From assembly GCA_963722305.1 (NCBI GenBank), contig CAVRKE010000002.1, forward strand, positions 522,678-586,677: 64,000 nucleotides of DNA, given 5' to 3'. Of this stretch, positions 45,054-55,330 are shown in pieces. The stretch's first letter is position 1. Every line of letters begins with the position of its first letter. The notes under the pieces are model-generated. The model was not told the DNA's origin. It did not search any database and saw only the letters and a program-made list of their open reading frames with translations. The DNA comes from Candidatus Levyibacteriota bacterium (lineage in GTDB: Bacteria > Patescibacteriota > Microgenomatia > Levybacterales > UBA12049). A program made the position numbers and the translations under genes.

Positions 45054-46841
45054 TTATTTTTCTACATTATACAACGGTCCGACAATCTGGATGTTGGCCG
45101 GTGCCCTTAAGTTAAAATAATTCTTAAAATCGTTACCTGAAAAACTGGTACTACCCGCATTTCCAGAGACATTCACGCTGCTGGTTTTGCCTGAGCCAAA
45201 GTCTACCGATACGGAAATATCACTGATGTTGTTGTAGGGAGTGACGCCTCTATTTTGCAGTTCTTGCTCAACTCTTCCGGCGTCCCAGGTGTCGGTTCCG
45301 GCCGGATTGGCTTTATCGGTTTGGTATAAATGGTTGACAGTACCGGAGTCTTTTTGGGCAAGCAGAATAACATTAACAATGTCCGCGACCTCGCTGCTTT
45401 GCAGCCAAGCAGTGCCGTTATAGGAACTTCGTGAGCCCCAGTCGCAATAAAACCAGGGCGAATCTTTATCGTAAGCATTGCTGTTTAAGTCGGAGAAGCT
45501 GTTGACGCTGCCTGATGTATCTTGGGCATTTTTGGTCCAGGCAGTGCTTGCCCAACCAATGTCTCCCGATGAATGAATATACCCGCCGTGAGTTGAGGAA
45601 AACCAGGCCTTAATCGGCTGTCCACCCTGCAGCATGACTTGTCCTGCGGTTTGATCAACCGCCTGTTCCCAGTTTCCGCCTTTGGGATTGGGTTGGAAAA
45701 CCTGGCATTGGTCGGTAGCACAAATAGGACTGGCGCCATTATTGGTGGCTGCCAAAACATAGGACCTGACGGCAATGGCCTGGGCTTTTAAGGCAGCCAA
45801 ATTATTATCCGTCCAGGAATCCGGGACTTCGTAAATCCTTCGAACATAGTCTTCCAAGGAATAAGTGCCATAGCCGGTAACGGTTATCTGTGTACTTTCG
45901 TTAGCGCCCGAAATGGAGTCGTAATTATAATAAGCTTGCAAAATTTGATTGTAGTCTTGTCCGGCCTTGGCTCTTCCCCAAGCCCCATACTGGTTAAGCC
46001 CGACTCGGTTGGGGACACCGTAAGTGAAGAAACCGAATTTTGGTGAAAATCCCGGGTCTTTGCCAACGTCACTTGAACAACCTCCGGCAGTGCTGGCGTA
46101 AAGCGGAATATTTAGCCCCGCCAGTCTTGAATTGAGGATTTGCTGCTGAATTGCGTTAAGCTCGGATAGCTGGTTTGATAACTTTGTCTGGTAGGCTTCT
46201 GCTCCGGAAACAAGTTGGTCCAGTTGGGCGGATTGCTGGTCAAGGTTAGCTTTTAAAGAAGTAAGGCTGGCTTCCTGGTTTTCCAACTGTTTCTTTTTAG
46301 TCTGCAAATCCTGAATGGTCACGGCAATGTTGGTAATGATGGCTTTATCTCTGTCGGCGTTGGCTCTTTGATATCCCAAGACCTGAGTGAACTCCGACGC
46401 AGTCGAAGAAGAAAGAAAAATTATTAAAGGCGAATCAGAATACGATTTTATGTAATAGTCTCTGATGGTCGCATCTAAAATCTGTTGCTGTTTGGCCAAA
46501 TCTTGATAGCCTTGGTTAATATCTGTTGCTTTTTGGGCTAAATTTATTTCAATTTGCGCCACTGTGTTTTTTATTCCCTGGATTTGTTGATTAAGTGCGT
46601 CTAAACGGGCTTGGTTAGGTGCCAGTGCTTTGGTGAGGTCGGATAACGCTTGTTGGTCAGAAGCAGCGCAAGCACTGGCTTTGTCTTGGCAAGGCTGTCC
46701 GCTTATCCCGTCACCGTAACAGATGCCGCCCGGAGCAGTTAAATTATCGCAACTGGTGTCATCTGCCTTTGATGTTGGAATCATGATGATACCAACGCTT
46801 AAAAATAGAATAAGAAATAGTAAAAAGAGCAGTTTTTTCAT
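45054..46841 (-). CDS. SpoIID/LytB-domain protein (peptidoglycan lytic/amidase-enhancer family) with N-terminal coiled coil
   Basis: Likely start at MKKLLFLLFL (signal peptide); the ORF track extends to 47087. A Gln-rich coiled-coil segment is followed by a C-terminal domain with …EDYVRRIYEVPDSWTDNNLAALKAQAIAVRSYVLAAT…ICATDQCQVFQP… matching SpoIID/LytB. Confidence 0.6.
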   Translation of the reverse strand: MKKLLFLLFLILFLSVGIIMIPTSKADDTSCDNLTAPGGICYGDGISGQPCQDKASACAASDQQALSDLTKALAPNQARLDALNQQIQGIKNTVAQIEINLAQKATDINQGYQDLAKQQQILDATIRDYYIKSYSDSPLIIFLSSSTASEFTQVLGYQRANADRDKAIITNIAVTIQDLQTKKKQLENQEASLTSLKANLDQQSAQLDQLVSGAEAYQTKLSNQLSELNAIQQQILNSRLAGLNIPLYASTAGGCSSDVGKDPGFSPKFGFFTYGVPNRVGLNQYGAWGRAKAGQDYNQILQAYYNYDSISGANESTQITVTGYGTYSLEDYVRRIYEVPDSWTDNNLAALKAQAIAVRSYVLAATNNGASPICATDQCQVFQPNPKGGNWEQAVDQTAGQVMLQGGQPIKAWFSSTHGGYIHSSGDIGWASTAWTKNAQDTSGSVNSFSDLNSNAYDKDSPWFYCDWGSRSSYNGTAWLQSSEVADIVNVILLAQKDSGTVNHLYQTDKANPAGTDTWDAGRVEQELQNRGVTPYNNISDISVSVDFGSGKTSSVNVSGNAGSTSFSGNDFKNYFNLRAPANIQIVGPLYNVEK

Positions 46842-46925
46842 TGCCTGTTTATTATAACAGACAGGCGCTGTTTCAGGTTTGCAAAATGTCAATAAAAGTG
46901 CTACTCTTCGCTTGAAGGAAAGTGT

Positions 46926-47534
46926 ATGGAAGAGTCTCCCATTGAAGCAATTCCTGCCTTCGGCCCTCAAACTAAAAGACCGGTCAATAAAAGATTTATC
47001 TATCTGGTCCTGATAATTCTTTTTCTGCTGGTTGCCTTCTTCAGTTATAAAGTTTTTGGTCCAAAAAGCAAAGGGACGATTTCGCAAAAACCAGCAATAA
47101 CCACTCCCGCGTCAAACGCGGCTAACGCAATGCCTACTTCCACTATTTTGCCTACTGTTTCGCAAGAGCAAACGCCAACCTCAAGTCCAAGCCTCTCTGA
47201 CACGCCGACACCGCTGCCAACCCTCAACCCGGTTGATCCAACCACCGGTCTTGACCGAAGTCAGTTATCGGTAACTGTGGAAAACGGTAGCGGAGAAGCG
47301 GGTGTAGCGGGAAAAGCGGCGGCAAGCTTAGCGCATTTGGGTTATAACGTCAGCGCAACACAGAATGCGGATAACTTTAATTACACAAACGTAACCATTC
47401 AAATTAAAGCGGCAAGCCAAGATTATTTAAGTCTTTTGCAAACAGATCTGGGATCAAGTTATACAATAGGGACAGCCTCAGCAGACCTTCCTGATAGTTT
47501 TTCCTCCGACGCGCTGGTAATAATTGGCCAATGA
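46926..47534 (+). CDS. LytR_C (LytR/CpsA/Psr C-terminal)-domain membrane protein
   Basis: N-terminal TM, a Pro/Thr/Ser-rich linker, then …LSVTVENGSGEAGVAGKAAASLAHLGYNVSATQNADNFNYTNVTIQIKA…. Confidence 0.55.
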   Translation: MEESPIEAIPAFGPQTKRPVNKRFIYLVLIILFLLVAFFSYKVFGPKSKGTISQKPAITTPASNAANAMPTSTILPTVSQEQTPTSSPSLSDTPTPLPTLNPVDPTTGLDRSQLSVTVENGSGEAGVAGKAAASLAHLGYNVSATQNADNFNYTNVTIQIKAASQDYLSLLQTDLGSSYTIGTASADLPDSFSSDALVIIGQ

Positions 47535-47647
47535 GCTATAAATTTCTAATTTCTAAACCCTAATTAAATCCCAATATCCAAAATTCAAATCTGCAAAATC
47601 GTAAAATGGGCATTTATCATTTATCATTCATCCTTTATAATTAATCT

Positions 47648-48154
47648 GTGAAAGTATATTTGGCAACGGACCATGCGGGATTAGAAATAAAAAATAAAGT
47701 CATTGACTATTTAAAAAATCTTGATTACGAAACAGAGGATTGCGGGCCATTTGAATTTAATAAAGATGATGACTATCCGGATTTAATCGCCAAAGCCGCG
47801 GAAAAAGTTTCCAAAGACCCGGATAATTCAATGGGGATAGTGTTTGGTGGTTCAGGCCAGGGAGAAGCAATGGTGGCCAACAAGTTCAAGAACATCCGCT
47901 GCGCTTTATTTTATGCGGAAGCAGTACCGGTTGAGGCAATTGACATTACCGGGATTAAAAGCAGTGATTCTTTTGAGATGTTGAAGTTAACCAGGGCTCA
48001 CAATAATGCGAATATGCTTTCTTTGGGAACCCGTTTTTTAAGCGAAGAGCAAATCCTAAAAGCGGTGAAAATTTTTCTGGACAGTCCGTTCCCGGGTGAA
48101 GAAAGACACCAAAGAAGAATAGAGAAGATTAAAAAGATAGAAGAAAATGTCTAA
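47648..48154 (+). CDS. rpiB: Ribose-5-phosphate isomerase B (RpiB/LacAB family)
   Basis: MKVYLATDHAGLEIKNKVIDYLK… N-terminus and …GIVFGGSGQGEAMVANK… core. Confidence 0.75.
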   Translation: MKVYLATDHAGLEIKNKVIDYLKNLDYETEDCGPFEFNKDDDYPDLIAKAAEKVSKDPDNSMGIVFGGSGQGEAMVANKFKNIRCALFYAEAVPVEAIDITGIKSSDSFEMLKLTRAHNNANMLSLGTRFLSEEQILKAVKIFLDSPFPGEERHQRRIEKIKKIEENV

Positions 48155-48253
48155 TTTAAAATTTCGAATTTCTAATCAAATCCAAAGGTTTTAAATTTAA
48201 AAATTGAAACATTCATTAGAAATTAATAATTAGTAATTAAAAATTGTATATTT

Positions 48254-48889
48254 ATGTCTGACATTATTCCAGGCATTTTGGAAAAAAGCTGGGAAGAGGT
48301 TGAAAAAAAGATTCAGTTACTTTCGCCTTTTGCCAAATCGCTTCACGTCGATGTCATCGACGGAAAGTTTGTCAATAATTTGACTTTTTTAGATCCGGCG
48401 CCCTTTGTAAAGTACAAAGACCAATTTTTCTTGGAAGTTCACCTGATGGTTGAAGAGCCGGTTAATTACCTCAAGCCCTTTGCTCAGGCTGGTTTTAAGC
48501 GGTTTTTGGGACATATTGAAAAAATGAGTGACCAGGCGGAATTTGTGGCCGAAGGCCAGCTTTTGGGTGAGGTTGGTTTGGCTTTAGACGGTCCAACCGA
48601 CTTAAATGCAATTAAAATTCCGTATGATGATTTGGATACAATTATTTTTTATGTTTCGGAGAAGGTGGGCTTTTCCGGTCCGCCAATGCTTCCCGAAAGA
48701 TTGGAGAAAGTTAAAGCCTTCCGGCTAAAATCAGACATTCCAATTGAAGTTGACGGAGGAATAAAAGATGCGACGATACTTTCAGCTAAAGAAGCCGGAG
48801 CAACGCGTTTTGTCGCCACCTCTTTCATTTCAAACGCTCCGGATCCGAAAACCGCCTACGACAAACTGGTAAGCTTAACCCTTGGCTAA
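48254..48889 (+). CDS. rpe: Ribulose-phosphate 3-epimerase-like
   Basis: …SLHVDVIDGKFVNNLTF… (cf. HxDxMDGxFVPN) and …VDGGIKDATI… motifs. Confidence 0.6.
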   Translation: MSDIIPGILEKSWEEVEKKIQLLSPFAKSLHVDVIDGKFVNNLTFLDPAPFVKYKDQFFLEVHLMVEEPVNYLKPFAQAGFKRFLGHIEKMSDQAEFVAEGQLLGEVGLALDGPTDLNAIKIPYDDLDTIIFYVSEKVGFSGPPMLPERLEKVKAFRLKSDIPIEVDGGIKDATILSAKEAGATRFVATSFISNAPDPKTAYDKLVSLTLG

Positions 48890-48929
48890 GTTGAAATTTT
48901 GACCTCAAGACTTTTGCTATAATCAGCTT

Positions 48930-49655
48930 GTGCAGGACTTTTCTTTTAATAACGACAATTTAAAATTAAACGGCACACTTTTTTACCCTTCCCATAAAAA
49001 AGCTAGCAATCCGGCCATTCTTTTTGTTCACGGTTGGACCAGTGAGAGAAAAAGAAGTTTTCAATACGCCAAAGCACTGGTTGATTTAGGTTTTGTTTGT
49101 CTACTTTTTGACATGCGAGGACATGGAACCAGCGAAGGCGATATTAAAACTTCCTCCAATAAAGATTTTTTAAGCGATGTCGCCGCCGCCTATGATTATC
49201 TTTCAAAAATGGGCGACATAGACAAAGAAAATATCAGCGCTGTCGGAACAAGCTTTGGTAGTTATTTAATAACACTCCTTTCAGCTAAAAGAAAACTTCA
49301 GAATCTGGTGCTGCGTGTTCCGGCAGATTACCTAAACCAGAATTTTAATAAATCAAAAATGCTTTATAGCAGCAATATAGAGGAGATCAGAAGCTGGAGA
49401 GAAAAACCCAAAAACCCCTCCGAAACATATGCTTTAGAAGCATTAAACAACTTTGACGGGCAAGTTTTGATTATTGAGGCGGGAAAAGACGATACCATTC
49501 CACAGCAGACAATTTTAAATTATATGAATGCAGTAAAAGATAAATCCAAATTGACGCACATTCTTTTGAAAGACGCTCCTCATAGCCTAAAAGAAGGGAG
49601 ATTTAGAGACGAAGTCGAGCAAGTGTTTGCGAGGTGGTTTCAAAACAAACGCTAA
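48930..49655 (+). CDS. Alpha/beta-hydrolase fold protein
   Basis: …ILFVHGWTSE… and nucleophile elbow AVGTSFGSY (GxSxG); C-terminal Asp/His region. Confidence 0.55.
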   Translation: MQDFSFNNDNLKLNGTLFYPSHKKASNPAILFVHGWTSERKRSFQYAKALVDLGFVCLLFDMRGHGTSEGDIKTSSNKDFLSDVAAAYDYLSKMGDIDKENISAVGTSFGSYLITLLSAKRKLQNLVLRVPADYLNQNFNKSKMLYSSNIEEIRSWREKPKNPSETYALEALNNFDGQVLIIEAGKDDTIPQQTILNYMNAVKDKSKLTHILLKDAPHSLKEGRFRDEVEQVFARWFQNKR

Positions 49656-51973
49656 TGTCCTCCCGAAGGTGAAATTGTCGCGCTGGGGCTATGGATAAAG
49701 TTACAATCAGAGGTATTTTCCGTTCCTTTAATAAAATATTCGTCTCTTCCTTGGCATTTTCGCACTACCACATCACTGGGCATTTCCTCAACCAGATTGG
49801 AAGCGTTAGCGGGGAGCAGCAGATTCATGATTTTATTCCAAATGGGCGCGGCTCCGGTGATTCCGGAGGCAAGGGTTTGGCTCATCGGTGAATTGTCATT
49901 ATTACCAACCCAAACCGCAACCAAATAGTTGGGTGTAAAGCCAAAAGTCCAGTTGTCCCTTTTATTGTCGGAGGTACCGGTTTTAACCGAGACCGTATGT
50001 CCGGGAATATTCAACGGCGAATTAAGGCCAAACTCCAAAGAGCGCGCATTGTTATCGGCCAAAATGTTGGAAATAATAAAAGTCACACCCGAATCAAGGA
50101 CCTGATTAGGCAGTTCTTCCTGTTTTTGATAAAGAAGGTCATTGTCGTGGTCTGTCACTTTCAAAAGCGGATCTAAATCAACTCTTTTACCAAGATTGGC
50201 AATGGTTCCGTAGACAACGGCCATATCGGTCATTTTAACTTCCGCTGCACCAAGAGTAATCGATAACCCGTACTGACTGGGATCCCCCCAAGTGGTAATG
50301 CCCATTTTTTTGGCCAGGTTAACCATAGTGGAAACGCCAATTTTTTGCAAAGTTTTGACCGCCGGAACATTAAAGGAATTGGCAAAAGCAAATCTTAGCG
50401 GCACTTTTCCGTGGAAAGTACCATCATAATTTACCGGCGAGTAGGGTGTACTGCCGGGAATAAAATAGGTCACCGGTGAGTCGTCAAGAATAGTTGCGGC
50501 GGTAAAACCGTCACTTAAAGCCGCCGAATAAGTAACGACTTTAATTGATGAACCGGGTTGACGTAAGGACGTAGTGAGGTTGACGTTACCGCCGTTTGGG
50601 TCATTATAATCATGGCTACCAACCATGGCTAAGATATCGCCGTTGGCCGGATCGGTGACCAGAGCCGCACCGTTGGTTAAATTGAGGTATGCGTCATTAG
50701 TCACTTCCTCGCTAACGATGTCCTGGACTTTATTTTGTAAATTTAAATCAAGGCTGGTGGTAACGATTAAGCCGCCTTTTTCAACCATTGGTAATCCGAA
50801 TTTTTGCACCAATAAATCCTTAATATACATCACAAAATGGGGAGCAAAGATTGGTGTTTGCGGCGGCTGAAAAGCCAAGTCTTCACTTAAGGCCTGGTTT
50901 TCCTGGTCTTTGCTAATGTATCTAAGTTCCAGCATTTTTGCCAAGACCTCTTTTTGTCTCTGTTTCCAAAGGGTGGGATTGTCTCCATAAGGAGAGTAGG
51001 TGGTTGGCGCCTGCGGCATACCGGCCAAAAACGCAGACTGTGCTAAATCAAGTCCTTTGACGTTTTCCCCAAAATAGGTCTCAGAGGCCGCCTCAATTCC
51101 CCAAGCCGTTCCGCCATAAGGTACCTGGTTAAAATACATTTCTAAAATTTCGTTTTTGCTGTAAATTCTTTCCGCCCAGAAAGCCAGAATGATCTCCTTA
51201 ATTTTACGGGAAATACTGACCTCCGGCGTTAACAGGGTGGATTTAATCAGCTGTTGGGTAATGGTTGAGCCTCCTTGAATTGGCTTGCCGCTTAAATCGG
51301 CAATGGCCGCTCTGATGATGGCGTTAATATCAAACCCGGGGTTTTGGTAAAAATCCTTATCTTCAATGGCAATGGTGGCGTTAATCAGATTTTTGGGAAT
51401 TGAGTTTAAGGGAACCAAGGTCCGGTTTTCATTGGCGTAGATTTGGTAGAGAAGATTACCGTTGCGGTCATAAATTTTGGTGGTCTGTGGGATTTCCATT
51501 TGTGAAAGCTCGCTTGGATTAGGCAAACTGCTTAAAAATTCGTAAGCTGAAATAGGGATAACCACAAACACAATACAAAAGAAGAGCCCGAAAATGAAAA
51601 ACTTAAATTTTAGCTTGATCTGTTTTGGCGGAGGGTAAAAGGTAACCAAACGTTCTTTAACCGCCTTTTTCTTGATTATCTTTTCTCGTCTTTTGGGCCG
51701 AAATTTGCGCTTAATATTTTTGGAGAAAAGTAGCAGTCGAAACTTAGAAAGCGCAAAATAATTATCGACTGTCCTTTTCGCCGTTTTACTATATGACAAA
51801 ATTTTTTCAGCTGTTTTTCCCGGAATTTTCAGAATTTGTAAGGCTAAGTAAAACAAAAATTTGATTAAGAATTTTGTAATCTTCCAAGCGATGCCGAGAT
51901 AAAAAAGCACGAAATCGCCGATCTCGGTTAAAATTAAGATGACCGCGTTAATTAAAACAACTAATAACTTCAT
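49652..51973 (-). CDS. Class A penicillin-binding protein (GT51 transglycosylase + transpeptidase) with long basic N-terminal extension
   Basis: GT51 motifs EDKDFYQNPG, GGSTITQQLIKS; TPase motifs GSSIK, SFN, KTGT. Confidence 0.8.
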   Translation of the reverse strand: MKLLVVLINAVILILTEIGDFVLFYLGIAWKITKFLIKFLFYLALQILKIPGKTAEKILSYSKTAKRTVDNYFALSKFRLLLFSKNIKRKFRPKRREKIIKKKAVKERLVTFYPPPKQIKLKFKFFIFGLFFCIVFVVIPISAYEFLSSLPNPSELSQMEIPQTTKIYDRNGNLLYQIYANENRTLVPLNSIPKNLINATIAIEDKDFYQNPGFDINAIIRAAIADLSGKPIQGGSTITQQLIKSTLLTPEVSISRKIKEIILAFWAERIYSKNEILEMYFNQVPYGGTAWGIEAASETYFGENVKGLDLAQSAFLAGMPQAPTTYSPYGDNPTLWKQRQKEVLAKMLELRYISKDQENQALSEDLAFQPPQTPIFAPHFVMYIKDLLVQKFGLPMVEKGGLIVTTSLDLNLQNKVQDIVSEEVTNDAYLNLTNGAALVTDPANGDILAMVGSHDYNDPNGGNVNLTTSLRQPGSSIKVVTYSAALSDGFTAATILDDSPVTYFIPGSTPYSPVNYDGTFHGKVPLRFAFANSFNVPAVKTLQKIGVSTMVNLAKKMGITTWGDPSQYGLSITLGAAEVKMTDMAVVYGTIANLGKRVDLDPLLKVTDHDNDLLYQKQEELPNQVLDSGVTFIISNILADNNARSLEFGLNSPLNIPGHTVSVKTGTSDNKRDNWTFGFTPNYLVAVWVGNNDNSPMSQTLASGITGAAPIWNKIMNLLLPANASNLVEEMPSDVVVRKCQGRDEYFIKGTENTSDCNFIHSPSATISPSGGH

Positions 51974-52021
51974 AACAGGGAATCTGCAATTGGCTGATTA
52001 TACTATAGGTATATAAGAATA

Positions 52022-54223
52022 TCAATGAGTTGGAGTGGGGGTTGGCGAGAGGTTTGGATGGGGACAACTTAGGCAATATCTGTCACCGGTCGGGTCGATA
52101 TAAACGGTTTCATTTTTAGTAGTCAGGTTATTCGTTTGGCCTTTGGCCGGTAAGTCTTGCGTGGTACTGTCAACTTGAGTGTCCCCGGTAACAATTTGAC
52201 CGTGGCTCGCTTCGGTGCCTTTAAGAATGTATTCGAACCTGGTCGGACAAGTTGCTCCGCTGACAGTCGTTGCCAGTCCCGTGTCGGAACAGACCGCTTT
52301 TTGGATAATATCCGGCGGCCGGGACATTGGCTCAGGAGCTCTGTCTTTCAAAAGATGCGACATAATGTCATTCCAGATCGGCGCGGCGCCGGTGATGCCG
52401 GAAACCAAGCCGCTCATTTGTGAATTATCGTCATTGCCCACCCAGGCGGCGACTAGGAATGAGGGAGTATAGCCGATGGTCCAATTGTCCCGGAAGTCGT
52501 TGGTGGTGCCGGTTTTGACCGAGACTGTTTGGCCGGGGATTTTAAGCTGCGAATTATCGCCAAATTCCATCATCCTAGCGTTGTTATCGGCCAAAATGTC
52601 GGAAATGATAAAAGCCACACCGTCCGGCAGAACTTTTTTGCCAAAAATCGGACTTAAAGGCGGAGTATATTCTTCCAAAACTTTGCCGGTTTTATCGGAA
52701 ACCTTCAAAATAGGCTGCAAATCAACCCGGTATCCCGCATTGGCGAAAACGCCAAAGGCAGTGGCCATATCGACCATTTTTACTTCCGCCCCACCCAAAG
52801 TCAGAGACAGTCCGTAACGCTGTGGGTCGGTAAAAGTAGTGATACCCATGGCCGAAGCAGTCGCCACCATGGCCTCCACCCCGTTTAACTCCAGCATTTT
52901 GACCGCCGGAATATTAAAAGAGTTGCCCAAAGCGTAGCGCATTTGCACCAGTCCGTGCCATTTGCCGTCATAATTGACAGGACAATAATCCGTTCCGCCC
53001 TGGTTCGGGAAGCAAATCGGCTGGTCAATAAAAGTGGTCGCAGCATTATAACCTTTCAGAAGCCCGACGGCATAGTTTATTGGTTTTATTGAGGAGCCCG
53101 GTTGTCTTAAAGCGGTGGTAATATTTACGTTGCCGTCTATTTGGCTGTCAAAATAATCTTTACTGCCAACCATGGCTAAAATTTCGCCGGTTCCCGGTTG
53201 AGTAACCAACGCCCCGCCATTAGTCACATGATAGTAAGTCGGCAGAGCGTCAACTTCGGTTTGCACCATTTTCTGAGCGTAATTTTGGATGTCTAAATCA
53301 AGACTGGTAATCACTTTTAAACCGCCTTCTTCGACCATTTTTTCGCCGTACTTGGCAATTAGTAAATCTTTAATATATAAAACAAAATGGGGAGCTTCGA
53401 TATCGTTGGTAAATTTTTTGTATTGCAAGTTTTCCTTTTCGGCTGCCTGCTCCTGGGCCTTGGTAATATAACCCTGCTGCTGCATGGCCGTTAGTACCTC
53501 AATCTGTCTATCTTTGCCCTCTTCCGGGTGGGCGCCAAACGGCGAAAACTCGGTCGGGGCTTGGGGTAATCCGGCCAAAAGAGCGCTCTGGGCCAAATCC
53601 AAGTCTTTGGCGTGTTTGCCAAAATAAGTCTCGGAGGCTGCCTCAACACCATAAGCGGTTCCGCCATAAGGCACTTGATTTAAGTACATTTCCAGAATTT
53701 GGTTTTTGGAATAGATAGTTTCGGTGGCGAAAGCTAAAACCACTTCTTTAATTTTTCTTAAAATTGTCTGCTCCTGAGTGAGCAAACTGTTTTTAACCAG
53801 CTGCTGGGTCAGGGTGGAGCCTCCCTGGATTTGGCGATGAAAAACAGTCGAAATAAAAGCCCTGGCAATGCCGCGGAAATCAACGGCGCCGTGCTGGTAA
53901 AAACTTTTGTCTTCAATGGCGATGGTTGCTTCCTGCATATATTTCGGAATGGTGCTTAAAGGAATGAAGGTTTGGTTTTTCTTGTCGTAAATGTTGTATA
54001 ACAACTTTCCGTTGCGGTCGTAAATGAGCGTTGATTGCGGGTTATTAGTGCTGCTTAGTTTGGTCGGAAGAGGCAAATCACGCAAAATAAAATAATAAAA
54101 TGAAAAAACAAACAAAACGAGGATTCCGACCAGCAAGCACTTTTTCCACTGGTGTTTTTTAAGGCGGACTTTTCGCAAGACCTTTTTATGCGGCCTAAAA
54201 TTTTTAAAAAGCGAAATTTTCAT
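52022..54223 (-). CDS. Class A penicillin-binding protein (second tandem paralog)
   Basis: EDKSFYQHGA, GGSTLTQQLVKN; GSSIKP, SFN, KTGT. Confidence 0.8.
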   Translation of the reverse strand: MKISLFKNFRPHKKVLRKVRLKKHQWKKCLLVGILVLFVFSFYYFILRDLPLPTKLSSTNNPQSTLIYDRNGKLLYNIYDKKNQTFIPLSTIPKYMQEATIAIEDKSFYQHGAVDFRGIARAFISTVFHRQIQGGSTLTQQLVKNSLLTQEQTILRKIKEVVLAFATETIYSKNQILEMYLNQVPYGGTAYGVEAASETYFGKHAKDLDLAQSALLAGLPQAPTEFSPFGAHPEEGKDRQIEVLTAMQQQGYITKAQEQAAEKENLQYKKFTNDIEAPHFVLYIKDLLIAKYGEKMVEEGGLKVITSLDLDIQNYAQKMVQTEVDALPTYYHVTNGGALVTQPGTGEILAMVGSKDYFDSQIDGNVNITTALRQPGSSIKPINYAVGLLKGYNAATTFIDQPICFPNQGGTDYCPVNYDGKWHGLVQMRYALGNSFNIPAVKMLELNGVEAMVATASAMGITTFTDPQRYGLSLTLGGAEVKMVDMATAFGVFANAGYRVDLQPILKVSDKTGKVLEEYTPPLSPIFGKKVLPDGVAFIISDILADNNARMMEFGDNSQLKIPGQTVSVKTGTTNDFRDNWTIGYTPSFLVAAWVGNDDNSQMSGLVSGITGAAPIWNDIMSHLLKDRAPEPMSRPPDIIQKAVCSDTGLATTVSGATCPTRFEYILKGTEASHGQIVTGDTQVDSTTQDLPAKGQTNNLTTKNETVYIDPTGDRYCLSCPHPNLSPTPTPTH

Positions 54224-54280
54224 TCAATAATAATACCACCATTAAGATCGACTGACAACGTTTTTAACGATTGTTATATA

Positions 54281-55324
54281 ATGGGTCTAATGAATATTGC
54301 TTCTTGGCTTTCGACCTTAACCACATTCTCAATCCCGAGCCTGGGTTTGAATTGGATTGACATCTTGGTTTTAGTGGTCGTTATTTTTTATGCCGTTCAG
54401 GGTTATTTCTTAGGGTTTTTAATTGCGTTGATTGATTTAGTCAGTTTTGCACTGTCATTTCTCTTGGGTATTGCTTTTTACGGAGTTGTTTCCAATTTGC
54501 TGGTTAAATATCTGTCGGTGCCCCAGGGATTTGCCAATGCCATCGGCTTTTTTGCAATAGCGGTTTTATTTGAAATTATTTTTACGCTGCTGATAAAATT
54601 AGTGATTACGAAACTGCCGGTATTTCGGCTGGAAAAAAGTAAGCATGAATTAATCACTATCATTAATAAATTCACCGGTATCATCCCCGGTGCTTTATCC
54701 GGTCTTTTGCTATCTTCGTTTATTTTGAGCTTAATTATTGCTTTGCCGTTTGCGGTTTTTCTGAAACATTCGGTAACAAATTCCAAAGTCGGCAGCATTC
54801 TGGTTGCCAATACCCAAGGCTTTACTAAAGACTGGCAGAATATTTTCGGCGGCGCGATTGACGATACGCTGTCATTTTTAACCATTGAGCCAAAAAGCAA
54901 TGAGTTGGTCAGCCTTAACTTCAAAACCAGCAATGTTTCCGTAGACAACGCGGCCGAGCAACAAATGTTTATTGACGTTAATCATGAACGTACTTCGCGA
55001 AGTATTCCGGCACTGACTCTTTCCGACTCTTTAACCGCCGTAGCCAGAGCCCATTGCACGGACATGTTTAAGCGGGGATATTTTTCTCATTACACGCCCG
55101 AGGGACTTTCACCATTTGACAGACTGGCTCAGGCTGATATAATTTTTAATTATGCCGGAGAGAATTTGGCGCTTGCGCCAAGCGAGGATTTGGCGATGAA
55201 AGGGCTGATGCAAAGTGAAGGGCATAAAGAAAATATTCTCTCGACCAATTTTCGGCGGATTGGAGTCGGAGTCATCGACGGAGGCATTTACGGGGAAATG
55301 TTTTGCCAGGAATTCACGGACTGA
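54281..55324 (+). CDS. CvpA-like membrane domain fused to CAP/SCP (YkwD-like) domain
   Basis: Start taken at MGLMNIASW… (the ORF-track start at 54152 overlaps the PBP gene). Four N-terminal TM helices (…IDILVLVVVIFYAVQGYFLGF…). C-terminal …ARAHCTDMFKRGYFSHYTPEG…GENLA…SEGHKENIL…FRRIGVGV matches the CAP domain. Confidence 0.55.
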   Translation: MGLMNIASWLSTLTTFSIPSLGLNWIDILVLVVVIFYAVQGYFLGFLIALIDLVSFALSFLLGIAFYGVVSNLLVKYLSVPQGFANAIGFFAIAVLFEIIFTLLIKLVITKLPVFRLEKSKHELITIINKFTGIIPGALSGLLLSSFILSLIIALPFAVFLKHSVTNSKVGSILVANTQGFTKDWQNIFGGAIDDTLSFLTIEPKSNELVSLNFKTSNVSVDNAAEQQMFIDVNHERTSRSIPALTLSDSLTAVARAHCTDMFKRGYFSHYTPEGLSPFDRLAQADIIFNYAGENLALAPSEDLAMKGLMQSEGHKENILSTNFRRIGVGVIDGGIYGEMFCQEFTD

Positions 55325-55330
55325 ATTTAT

